From the IMG/VR virus record IMGVR_UViG_3300042564_002819, positions 186,001 through 250,000 of that record: a stretch of DNA of 64,000 nucleotides; one strand, written 5' to 3'. The stretch's first letter is position 1. Each line of letters starts with the position of its first letter. Below are positions 37,791 through 46,040 of the stretch, piece after piece. The position numbers were made by a program, and so were the translations under genes. The notes beneath the pieces are model-generated. The model had not been told where the DNA came from and ran no database searches. It saw only the letters and a program-made list of their open reading frames with translations.

Positions 37791-38204
37791 TTAGTCTTCT
37801 TCTGTTTCAGTTTCCAGTGCAGTAGAAAGTTCGTAGATGCCGTTGTAGGTGTGAACTTGCCAGACAGCACCAGGAGTGAACAGGTAGTCGTATTCTTGCC
37901 CGTGTTCTGCACGGAACTGACGCCAGTTGTGCTCAGTGCAAGCATCAACATTATGCTCGCCGCGATCACGCCCGTATGCATTGCACTCGCCATCGGGAGC
38001 CGCATCAAAGTCGTGGGCAGTGCCAATCTCAGCACCAAGCGACGAAATGTTGCCAAGAGCAATCAGTTCACGCACCTTGGCTTCGTCAGCGTAGTGGTCT
38101 TGCAGGATTTGACCGTTGTGGCTGAGGTAGCCGTCCCAGTGGCAGTAGATGCCAGAGACAGTGCCGTCAGCGTTCTGGATTGCAATAGTCGAACGAGTTC
38201 CCAT
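37791..38204 (-). CDS. phage protein (MGTRS...YCHWDGY)
   Basis: GAGGG SD; own promoter. Confidence 0.65.
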   Translation of the reverse strand: MGTRSTIAIQNADGTVSGIYCHWDGYLSHNGQILQDHYADEAKVRELIALGNISSLGAEIGTAHDFDAAPDGECNAYGRDRGEHNVDACTEHNWRQFRAEHGQEYDYLFTPGAVWQVHTYNGIYELSTALETETEED

Positions 38205-38257
38205 TGTGTGTATCCCTCTACACAGTGTTGCGTTGTGTGTTAGTTATATGACAAGCC

Positions 38258-38539
38258 TTACGGCTTGTCAACCTTTTCCGGAAACATTGCTGCGACTTTT
38301 TCAACGCCAGCAGCAGTCAGATACAGCACACGATTGCGGGTAGCAGTCTCAACATACACGCAGCCAGCATCGTCGCCGCGGCCCTGGTTCCAAGTCTGCA
38401 GACGCATATCCGGGTTCTTCAGCAGTTGCGTTATAGCCCGTTTGCGAGCCAGCTCACCTTCGTTATAGTTGCCATTGCAGCCACACATGCAGCCAGGACG
38501 ACCCGAGTAAGCACGAACAGTATCCATAACAGTCAGCAT
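38258..38539 (-). CDS. hypothetical protein (YSG..GC.CGC.G.Y motif)
   Basis: GAGGG SD; own promoter. Confidence 0.6.
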   Translation of the reverse strand: MLTVMDTVRAYSGRPGCMCGCNGNYNEGELARKRAITQLLKNPDMRLQTWNQGRGDDAGCVYVETATRNRVLYLTAAGVEKVAAMFPEKVDKP

Positions 38540-38590
38540 CTTGTTTCCCTCTTCGTTGCTGTCTATGTGTTAGTTATAGCAATCATTGAC

Positions 38591-38989
38591 TCAAGCGTCA
38601 ACCACTTTCTCCATCTCAGCGAGCAGATTTTTCAGAGCAGCGATACGCTCTTGCGTAGGGAAGAAGCGACCCGAGTAGCTGTAGCCATCATTGAGTTCTT
38701 TCTCCATAGCACGAGCAATCCGCACCTGCTCCTTGCGACGAGCTTCACTGTCCTGGATGCTACGCAGTTTGGCGGCATGCATCAAGCTAGGACCATAATC
38801 GTCCTTGTATGCTGCGCCACGCTTGTTGAACACGAACTCACGATCATCGCTCTGGACAAAGATGTGCCCATGTCCGTTGATCTTAGTCACAGTGCCAAAG
38901 CGGGCAGTCAACAGCGTTCCGCTGTTGCGATGCTGCCGAGCAATACCAACTGTTTCACCAACTGCGGTAACGAAATCACCGTATGCCAT
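38591..38989 (-). CDS. hypothetical protein
   Basis: GAGGG SD; own promoter. Confidence 0.6.
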   Translation of the reverse strand: MAYGDFVTAVGETVGIARQHRNSGTLLTARFGTVTKINGHGHIFVQSDDREFVFNKRGAAYKDDYGPSLMHAAKLRSIQDSEARRKEQVRIARAMEKELNDGYSYSGRFFPTQERIAALKNLLAEMEKVVDA

Positions 38990-39054
38990 AGCGTGTATCC
39001 CTCTCTGCTATGTTTCTGTCTATGTGTTAGTTATAGCACCAGTACCAAGTGCTG

Positions 39055-39249
39055 TCAAGCAATCTTTTCGCCAGTGCGTAGATTGTATACAAAGCAGATA
39101 CCGCCCAGGGCATCACGAACTTTGATAACGTCGTAGAAGCCCTGCTCCTTCATCAATTGGTGAGCAATTTTGCCTTCAGCGGCGTTGTAAACTGTGGTTA
39201 CAAAAGTCTCAACTTGATTGCGGATGCCATAAACAGAATAGGAACGCAT
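39055..39249 (-). CDS. hypothetical protein
   Basis: GGAG SD; own promoter. Confidence 0.55.
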   Translation of the reverse strand: MRSYSVYGIRNQVETFVTTVYNAAEGKIAHQLMKEQGFYDVIKVRDALGGICFVYNLRTGEKIA

Positions 39250-39314
39250 AGCCTGTCTCCGTTGTGTTGCTCTACTCCAATACACTAGCATCAGAGTAGA
39301 GCCGTGTCAACCAG

Positions 39315-39782
39315 TTAGGCAAAAGTATAATTTTCTTCTGCTACACCGTTCACAGTGCCGTCCAACGAGCGACCAGTGCAGACATAAGGCCGGTTCCATT
39401 TGCCCACATTGATGTGCAGGTAGTAGGCTGTGTCGAAGTAGTCCGTCATGATGTCCGAACGATCATACCACAGGTTGCCACACATAGCAGCAGTCAGTTC
39501 GCGGAAGAACTGACCAACAGTATTGTCTGCATATTGATCCGGACGATAGGCGTTGGCCTGGTAGTAGTCCTTAACTTCGTGGAAACGCTGTCCGGTGCGT
39601 TCTGCATATTCACGATTGAAACGGTTTGCTTCGCCAATCAGATCCAGCTTGCCAGACTTGATTGTAACAACCAGACTGGAATAGTTATCTACTGAAATGG
39701 ACCCTTTCATGCCATACCGCTTGAACACGGCTTTGATAGCCGGTGCCAACTGTGCCTTCTGCTCTTGATTCATGTAAGCCAT
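39315..39782 (-). CDS. phage protein, LPD29-like C-terminal D.MTDYFD motif
   Basis: SDIMTDYFDTAYY; GAGGG SD; own promoter. Confidence 0.55.
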   Translation of the reverse strand: MAYMNQEQKAQLAPAIKAVFKRYGMKGSISVDNYSSLVVTIKSGKLDLIGEANRFNREYAERTGQRFHEVKDYYQANAYRPDQYADNTVGQFFRELTAAMCGNLWYDRSDIMTDYFDTAYYLHINVGKWNRPYVCTGRSLDGTVNGVAEENYTFA

Positions 39783-39846
39783 AACCGTTATCCCTCTTTG
39801 CTCGGTTGCGTCTATGTTCTAATTATAGCACCAGCTGACAGTGCTG

Positions 39847-40026
39847 TCAACAGATTTCAACACCTTCTGAGTTGGCAAAGTCAGTAAACTCGTCTGCTAT
39901 GTTGTTCAGCTGGTTGTGGAACTCGTAGCAGGCAGCAGGATGCCGCTCGCCCAGCAACGATTGCTGAATTGCATCTGCTTCATCCAGCAGGTCGATCAAC
40001 CGCTGCCATTTTTCTTGTTGGGTCAT
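39847..40026 (-). CDS. small acidic protein
   Basis: GGAGG SD; own promoter. Confidence 0.55.
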   Translation of the reverse strand: MTQQEKWQRLIDLLDEADAIQQSLLGERHPAACYEFHNQLNNIADEFTDFANSEGVEIC

Positions 40027-40090
40027 TGTTTCCTCCATTGTGTTGCCCTACTCCACATACATAGCATGTAGAGCAGGGCAGGTCAACCAG

Positions 40091-40330
40091 TTAGTAGATG
40101 AAATCCAACTCGCCGCGGATCACAGAGATCAGGTCGTAACCGTCACGGCTAGGCATATACTCTGCAATCTCTTCCGCACTCCAGTCGCTGTGATCGCACT
40201 CAGCAGCATAGGCAAGGTCTGCCCACTCGTTGGTATCCATTTGACGTGCATCAACTGCATCGCCCAACTCAACCAACGTGACCATATAGTCGTCGTCTTG
40301 GCCACGCCAGATAACAGTATACAGAGCCAT
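40091..40330 (-). CDS. highly acidic small protein
   Basis: ~19 D/E in 79 aa; GAGGAG SD. Confidence 0.6.
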   Translation of the reverse strand: MALYTVIWRGQDDDYMVTLVELGDAVDARQMDTNEWADLAYAAECDHSDWSAEEIAEYMPSRDGYDLISVIRGELDFIY

Positions 40331-40473
40331 TATTCTGTCTCCTCATATGCACCAGCTTCGATGTCAGCTTCGATTTCGTCTGCAATACCACGCAGGATCA
40401 TTACAATTTCCTGAGGATCCAGATTGCCTTCATTCAGCAAGTGCTCCACAGTCGCTTGCAGCATCGTGTCCAT
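40330..40473 (-). CDS. small acidic protein (47 aa)
   Basis: AAGGAG SD; TAATG coupling; below ORF-track cutoff. Confidence 0.5.
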   Translation of the reverse strand: MDTMLQATVEHLLNEGNLDPQEIVMILRGIADEIEADIEAGAYEETE

Positions 40474-40534
40474 TGTTTGCTCCTTGTTGCCCTACTCCAC
40501 ATACATAGCACATGGAGCAGGGCAGGTCAACAGT

Positions 40535-40903
40535 TTATTCAGGAAATTCCAAACGCAGTCGATCCTGCAAACGACGAACTTCTTGACGAGCTTGATCCAC
40601 GGCTTCTGCAAGCATGTCTTCAAGATAACCACCAATGCCCGACTCAATGTCATCAGCAGGATCACAGTTCACAGCATAGCAAGATCCCAACGACTCAGAT
40701 CCTACAAGATGCCCTGCATAGAACACTCGAACTCGTGCGATGTAATGAGTGTCAATGCCACGATTGCAACGATCAATCATGCTGTCGAGATCTGATACAG
40801 TCTCATCAAAGCAATCGCCTAATGCAGCCTGTTCGTAGGTCCAGTCTACAGTTACATCAAACTGATCCTTGCGGAAACGCTTGGCTTCGTAGTAATGGTT
40901 CAC
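40535..40903 (-). CDS. acidic hypothetical protein
   Basis: GGAGGG SD, GTG start; own promoter. Confidence 0.6.
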   Translation of the reverse strand: MNHYYEAKRFRKDQFDVTVDWTYEQAALGDCFDETVSDLDSMIDRCNRGIDTHYIARVRVFYAGHLVGSESLGSCYAVNCDPADDIESGIGGYLEDMLAEAVDQARQEVRRLQDRLRLEFPE

Positions 40904-41019
40904 AGTGTCCCTCCAGTGTTGCCCTATATCCAGACAATATAATACTGCCTACAGTGTGTCAACTGGAAAAAACTTTCAAAATCAGTATTGACCACAAGAA
41001 CAGAATTTGCTATACAACA

Positions 41020-41112
41020 AGTGAGGCCAGGAAAGGTTCACGGACATGAACTGAGTAGGGAACGCGAGGGTCGCCGAAATCTGAACCTACGGTTTAATGA
41101 TTAAACCATACA
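41020..41112 (+). ncRNA. candidate small structured RNA, copy 2
   Basis: TTGACC-N17-TATACA promoter; GTGAGGCC start; CTGAACCTACGGTTTAATGATTAAACCA hairpin. Confidence 0.45.
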
Positions 41113-41298
41113 ACCACCAAGTGTATAGTTGAACAGTAAACCACCCAGACTGAGATGGTTTAACGTTAAACTATCAAAGTGAATCCACCGAGATAACACC
41201 ACCACCACGGCCACCACCACAGTGGCCAAATCATACAAAATGAAATTCCGGTTTTCGAAATGAGATTAACCTTCCGTACGGTGGTTATCGGGACGCCG

Positions 41299-41364
41299 TA
41301 CGGGGCCGTATGACGTGTCGTTTGAGGCCGTTTGACGTGTCGTTTGAGGCCATATGACGTGGTT
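41299..41364. repeat. 22-bp tandem repeat (about 2.7 copies) and right arm of 19-bp inverted repeat
   Basis: GGCCGTATGACGTGTCGTTTGA units at 41304, 41326, 41348. Confidence 0.85.
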
Positions 41365-41690
41365 TTGAAAGGAAAAATTTTAAAGGTCCAAAATCTTATA
41401 TAAGAATTTTTTCGGTTGAGGCAGGTGATGAGAGGCATAGTGTAAATACTCTCGCCTCATCTTTTGTTTTTTCTCACCTTTCGGTTTTCTCACCCCATGT
41501 TCACGGTTCTATTCTCACAAACAGTTCTTCTATTCTATACAAGTGTTTGATATTGTTAAGTTTTCTTTACAGTATAAAAGATTGACATTTATCTTTAAAT
41601 CGTTTATATTAGCGTTATTGATACAGTCTGTTCTAGCAGGATTCGTACCGTAACGCAGTTGCAGTCTGTATTATCTTTTATGATTGTTCT

Positions 41691-41882
41691 ATGATAGTAT
41701 GCCAATGTAATAAGCTCACAACAGATCAGATAGTCACAGCTATTCGATCAATATCATCAGCTGGATCACAGCCTACTCCACAGTCTGTGGTTTCTCATTT
41801 GGGTTGCAGTTTCGATTGTGCCAACGATGTGCCATTGATATTGGGTATAACCAAAACGATACAGCGGGGCCGCACTGTATAG
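41691..41882 (+). CDS. bacterioferritin-associated ferredoxin (Bfd)-like protein
   Basis: MIVC.CN...I..AI...LGC..DC; fourth Cys appears replaced by Asp. Confidence 0.65.
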   Translation: MIVCQCNKLTTDQIVTAIRSISSAGSQPTPQSVVSHLGCSFDCANDVPLILGITKTIQRGRTV

Positions 41883-42031
41883 CGTAGTAGCTATAAAATA
41901 ATTTTAACCTTGAACAGTAACAGCGGGGCCACACTGCGGCTATATACTATTATGTATAGCGTAGATCAAATAGTCGCTGTTGCTATCTTTGTTATGATTC
42001 TTTTAACTGTGTGTATAGGGATCTCTGTATA

Positions 42032-42322
42032 GTGTATCTCTATATCATCTGTGACAGTTCAGAGTCGGTAGTAAAGATCGGATACAGTCGTGATCCGGAT
42101 TCTCGTTTACGATCATTACAAACAGGTCATCCTCTACCATTGCGTGTATATCATAGTGTATTGGTTTCAGAGGATCGTGTGCGTTTATTAGAGCGTCAGT
42201 TACATGCGGAGATGAATCACTATAGAACTCGCGGGGAGTGGTTTCGTATACCAGCAGGTCAGGCTCGTTTGTTATTAGATCACTGTGTAATACGTTGGTC
42301 GGATGATCCTCTGCTGGAGTAA
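42032..42322 (+). CDS. GIY-YIG (T5orf172/MUG113-like) nuclease family protein
   Basis: YLYII...VKIGYS.DP..RL..LQTG.P...E..LH...GEWF. Confidence 0.8.
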   Translation: MYLYIICDSSESVVKIGYSRDPDSRLRSLQTGHPLPLRVYHSVLVSEDRVRLLERQLHAEMNHYRTRGEWFRIPAGQARLLLDHCVIRWSDDPLLE

Positions 42323-42380
42323 CAGCGGGGCCTTTAGATCCGTTTGTTTTAATAAATATCTAAAACAATTGAGACAGTGA

Positions 42381-42689
42381 ATGGCATTTACACAGACCAC
42401 ATTAGACATCACTTCGGTGGAGATATTTACTGCTGACCGTACAGTAGCGATCACAGCATTATATTTGGTCAACACCAGCAGCAGTGCAGTCACGGTCACA
42501 GTGTATCTGGTTCCACCTGCTGGGTCGGCCAGTTCCAATCGAATAGTTTATTCAAACCTAAACTGTAATTCTGATGAAACAGTTGCAGTGCTCACAGAGC
42601 GTATAGTATTAACTGCTGGGGATAGTATCTGGGCTGAGTGTAGCAGTCAGTTTGCTGTGGTAGCCACTGTAGCAAGTGTAGCAGTATAA
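42381..42689 (+). CDS. small beta-rich late protein, probably structural
   Basis: ATAAATA upstream; T/V/S-rich. Confidence 0.5.
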   Translation: MAFTQTTLDITSVEIFTADRTVAITALYLVNTSSSAVTVTVYLVPPAGSASSNRIVYSNLNCNSDETVAVLTERIVLTAGDSIWAECSSQFAVVATVASVAV

Positions 42690-42692
42690 TTT

Positions 42693-42974
42693 TTAAAATA
42701 GCAGGTGTATCACTGTCCAGTCCGATTCAGTGAGTTCATGTTCATCTACGTATACTTCAACAGTAGGGCTATGTCTCGGATGTGGTCTGAATACAGTAAT
42801 TCTTTTTTCAATAAAACCAAACTGAGGTGGTGTTAGAGCAGCTCGTAACCACGCATCGTGCTGGTGAGCATTACGTGTGTTGGGTCGGCGTGTGTATGCT
42901 CTTGGTCCTAGGTGACTGAATACGCCACTGCGGCTGTATACCGCTACACTATTGATTTCTGATATCTTACGCAT
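42693..42974 (-). CDS. hypothetical protein
   Basis: ORF. Confidence 0.45.
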   Translation of the reverse strand: MRKISEINSVAVYSRSGVFSHLGPRAYTRRPNTRNAHQHDAWLRAALTPPQFGFIEKRITVFRPHPRHSPTVEVYVDEHELTESDWTVIHLLF

Positions 42975-43012
42975 TGCCGTTCTCTTAATCTCACAGGGTT
43001 AACAGCGGGGCC

Positions 43013-43330
43013 TTACACAGCTAACTGTAGCAGTGTTAGGTGTCGTTCTGAACGTAAGAACAAGCGTTCTTCTACCGTTTCTTGTATGCTGTTTTTAGAT
43101 GTATAGCGGCGGTACTGTGAACTCCACGTGCCCTCGGGGTTGCCGTACCGATAATAACGGTCCCCCAGTACTGAACCGGCTGCACGTTCGTATCGGGTTT
43201 TTTCTTGCCAAGGGTGACCCGGTTCAAATGCATTGCTGCTGGCTGGCCAACTCCACATCAGCATCAATTCAAAGCCTGCTCTGTGCATTCGATATCTACG
43301 ATCCAGTCGGACTGTTCTATATTGGCTCAT
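43013..43330 (-). CDS. hypothetical protein
   Basis: ATGA-coupled ORF. Confidence 0.5.
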   Translation of the reverse strand: MSQYRTVRLDRRYRMHRAGFELMLMWSWPASSNAFEPGHPWQEKTRYERAAGSVLGDRYYRYGNPEGTWSSQYRRYTSKNSIQETVEERLFLRSERHLTLLQLAV

Positions 43331-43563
43331 TCCAGTAACTCTCCTGAACTCACTATCAACTGCATAGCAAAACGTTGTCGCTCTGTCAACTCCGGTAGGT
43401 GTATCCAGTATTCACCGTCTGACACGCAGTAGAGGTGGTCGTCTCTCACAAAGTCGGGGTCGATGCCGGAACTGCGTAACCATGCAGCTAACTGATCCAA
43501 CTCACGATCAATCTGTGTGCCTTCGAACTGTGCTATCTCGCCGTAGTATATTCTATAACGCAT
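43327..43563 (-). CDS. hypothetical protein
   Basis: Coupled ORF. Confidence 0.5.
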   Translation of the reverse strand: MRYRIYYGEIAQFEGTQIDRELDQLAAWLRSSGIDPDFVRDDHLYCVSDGEYWIHLPELTERQRFAMQLIVSSGELLE

Positions 43564-43958
43564 CAGCGGCTCACAAGGTATAACAAAGCCAAAGCTGCCA
43601 GTATCCAAAAGCCCGGGGTCACAGTGCTGCTGGTGTTGCGAGGTCCTCTGCGTCGTTGGCGTTTTTTTGTACCAAATAGCAGGTTTCTCCAAAACTGTTG
43701 TGCTCGTCGGGCTTCTCTACGCCGCTGTGCTTCGGTAGGTGTACTGTTTCTAGAAATGGTCTTAGTGTGAACGAATCCAGCACCATCACGCCAGGTTTGT
43801 GTAATTTTACTACCGGTCTTGGAGTTACTGGTATAGGTAGTGCGAAAGTTTTTACTTCCGTTAGAAACAGAATTGGTAATGCTGCTGTTGCTGTTATTAA
43901 CAGTAGTGGTTCTTCTTGAACCCACGCCGGTTTTTTTAGAAGTTCTCTTGTATGCCAT
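43563..43958 (-). CDS. basic Ser/Thr-rich protein with C-terminal membrane anchor
   Basis: GAGG SD; TTGACA promoter at ~44007; hydrophobic C-terminus. Confidence 0.5.
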   Translation of the reverse strand: MAYKRTSKKTGVGSRRTTTVNNSNSSITNSVSNGSKNFRTTYTSNSKTGSKITQTWRDGAGFVHTKTISRNSTPTEAQRRREARRAQQFWRNLLFGTKKRQRRRGPRNTSSTVTPGFWILAALALLYLVSR

Positions 43959-44025
43959 TGATGCCTCGTTTGATTGCAGTCTAGCATAAACTGGTCTGGG
44001 TTGTCAACAGTAGATAAATATTCAC

Positions 44026-45186
44026 ATGCGATTTAATGAAATTTCAGTGACCGAAGCCACAGTAGACAACATTAGAGTGATAAGACAGCTGACCAATGCT
44101 ATTTGGAGCAGTATACCTGAAGTGCCTGAAGGTACAGTTCGTGATGTGTATCTAAGTCAACTCAGTGGCTTTGATAGAATATACAACATGTATAAGGATC
44201 ACAGTAAGTTCAGTAAGCCGTTTGCTGTTATGGAAACTACAAAGCTTCGCATTGTTAATGATCCTGAATACCAAGATCGTTACTACAAAAAGGAGCAAGG
44301 TGTTTGGGGATATCACAGTTCAAACGATAACCTATTGTTGGTGTGGTTAGACAATATAAGAGACAGTCTGGGCTACTCACCGGACAGTCATGCTCGCAGT
44401 ACACTGGCACACGAAATACGACATCTGTTCCAGTACGCACTGTATCCCAAGTACTTTAACGATCGTCAAGCGTTTTCTAAACCCTATGAAAGTCAGCAGA
44501 TTGAAATTGATGCTGTGTGGAGTCAGCTGTTAGGATCCGAACTTGACGTAGAAGATTATAGAGGTTATCCTCAAGACTTTGTTGAAGAAGTAATCAATCA
44601 GCTAACAGCTAGAAAAAAATTGAGTAATCGAGAAATCGAACACTACCGACGCAAAACTATAAAATACTATCGTCAGTTCTTTGACGAGAATACCGAAGCA
44701 GAATGGCGTAGGCTAATTGCTAACTGGGGCCGAGAAGTACAAAAGCACAGCCACTATTCAGTTGAAAACTTTGTTGGCGATGTAATGCAAGAGCTAGATG
44801 ACTACATTGAATACAAAATCAACAATCCAAAAATCAAACAACAGGTATTAGATTACTACGCTGGCGAAACACGCAAAGAATATAAAAAGCTATCGTCAGG
44901 TCACAGACAGAATCGCAAGAGAATGGCTGCAATTGAACGTTTAGTTCCTGTATGGCAAAAAATTGTTGATCAGTATCATGATCAATGGTTTGACCCTAAG
45001 GTCAGCAGTGTTAAACTAACGATGCAGATACTCGGTGACATGAGAGACAGCATGGACCAGATTGCCGGCTCGGATTATGATTTGAGAGGTAAACTTTCAG
45101 CATGGTTTGGCAACATGACTAGAGAAAGAATTGCTAACTCACGTGAATGGTCTAAGGCACCACCGACTCCGGGAAACAGTCAATGA
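44026..45186 (+). CDS. putative Zn metallopeptidase, probable internal virion protein
   Basis: LAHEIRH...EIDA (HExxH plus E); MRFNEI N-terminus; GATAAATA at 44013. Confidence 0.6.
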   Translation: MRFNEISVTEATVDNIRVIRQLTNAIWSSIPEVPEGTVRDVYLSQLSGFDRIYNMYKDHSKFSKPFAVMETTKLRIVNDPEYQDRYYKKEQGVWGYHSSNDNLLLVWLDNIRDSLGYSPDSHARSTLAHEIRHLFQYALYPKYFNDRQAFSKPYESQQIEIDAVWSQLLGSELDVEDYRGYPQDFVEEVINQLTARKKLSNREIEHYRRKTIKYYRQFFDENTEAEWRRLIANWGREVQKHSHYSVENFVGDVMQELDDYIEYKINNPKIKQQVLDYYAGETRKEYKKLSSGHRQNRKRMAAIERLVPVWQKIVDQYHDQWFDPKVSSVKLTMQILGDMRDSMDQIAGSDYDLRGKLSAWFGNMTRERIANSREWSKAPPTPGNSQ

Positions 45187-46040
45187 GATACAGTGAAATT
45201 GCAGAACGCAAACAGCAACGCACAGAAATTATGTATCACGGTACCAGCAGTAATCTTGTGCCCAGCATACTAAAGAATGGGCTGTTGGCTGCTCCACCAA
45301 AGAAAACATATGATATTGATACCTACGGTGCTTCGACTGCTAGTATGGGCGGAGTATATGTTACGCCCTCGAGAGAATACGCAGAGGAAATATCAAGAGA
45401 GTCTGCAGAAACACACGGCGGCAAACCTGCAATGGTAACCATACAGTATGTTAGAGGCAGTGCTGATCTTGACGAGGATGATATTGTTGCTGCAATAAGT
45501 CAAGCTGCTAGTGATGTAATGCGTCGTCTTTCTCAGAAAGCACCTGCCCAAGCTGCAACTAGAGATTTTGATACACAACAGACTGCACAGCCCGATCCGC
45601 TGTCACAGTACAGTTCGTTGAGTTATCCACAAGAAGGTTGGGCGACTGACCGAATGATACGTAACAAGAAAGCGTATGCTGTGGAGATAGCAAAACAATC
45701 AATACAGCAATTAAGCAAGAAGTCAAAGCCAAGACGCACTGCATATGATTTAATTGTACAGATTGCCGCAGGATTGCTTGACCAAGCTGCACAGGAATCG
45801 GATGTGAGAGAACGTTGGAATATGATACGTTTTGGTGCGTATGACGTAGTAAGACAAAACATGGAAGAGCCATTAGGACAACTAATGCGACAGATATCTC
45901 CAGATGTGGCAGGACAGGATAGTGAAGCACCTAGAAGAATCAACAGAGACGTTAAGTTCAGCGGCAAGACCAAGATAGTTAAAATAGAAGTAGGTGATCA
46001 AGTGATTTACCCAAGAGGACAACGTAATGAGATACAATGA
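45183..46040 (+). CDS. ADP-ribosyltransferase-fold protein
   Basis: YHGTS....SIL.NGL, GVYVT; MRYSEI N-terminus. Confidence 0.55.
   Translation: MRYSEIAERKQQRTEIMYHGTSSNLVPSILKNGLLAAPPKKTYDIDTYGASTASMGGVYVTPSREYAEEISRESAETHGGKPAMVTIQYVRGSADLDEDDIVAAISQAASDVMRRLSQKAPAQAATRDFDTQQTAQPDPLSQYSSLSYPQEGWATDRMIRNKKAYAVEIAKQSIQQLSKKSKPRRTAYDLIVQIAAGLLDQAAQESDVRERWNMIRFGAYDVVRQNMEEPLGQLMRQISPDVAGQDSEAPRRINRDVKFSGKTKIVKIEVGDQVIYPRGQRNEIQ

Larger units (their letters stand above)
40041..40531 (-). repeat. 47-bp duplicated promoter cassette (40041-40087 and 40485-40531)
   Basis: 44/47 identical; contains TTGACC-N17-TATGTA inside an inverted repeat. Confidence 0.85.

Noticed and set aside
27800-41049. Long plus-strand ORFs in the early region (e.g. 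30603-31256, 33022-33633, 38426-39136, 40441-41049)
   Set aside because: Antisense shadows of minus-strand genes that have SD sequences and promoters.
41051-41080. Hammerhead ribozyme (CTGA...GAAA)
   Set aside because: The core reads CTGAGTA rather than CUGANGA and I could not build the three stems.
41304-41364. CRISPR array
   Set aside because: The 22-bp units are contiguous with no spacers, and no cas genes are present.
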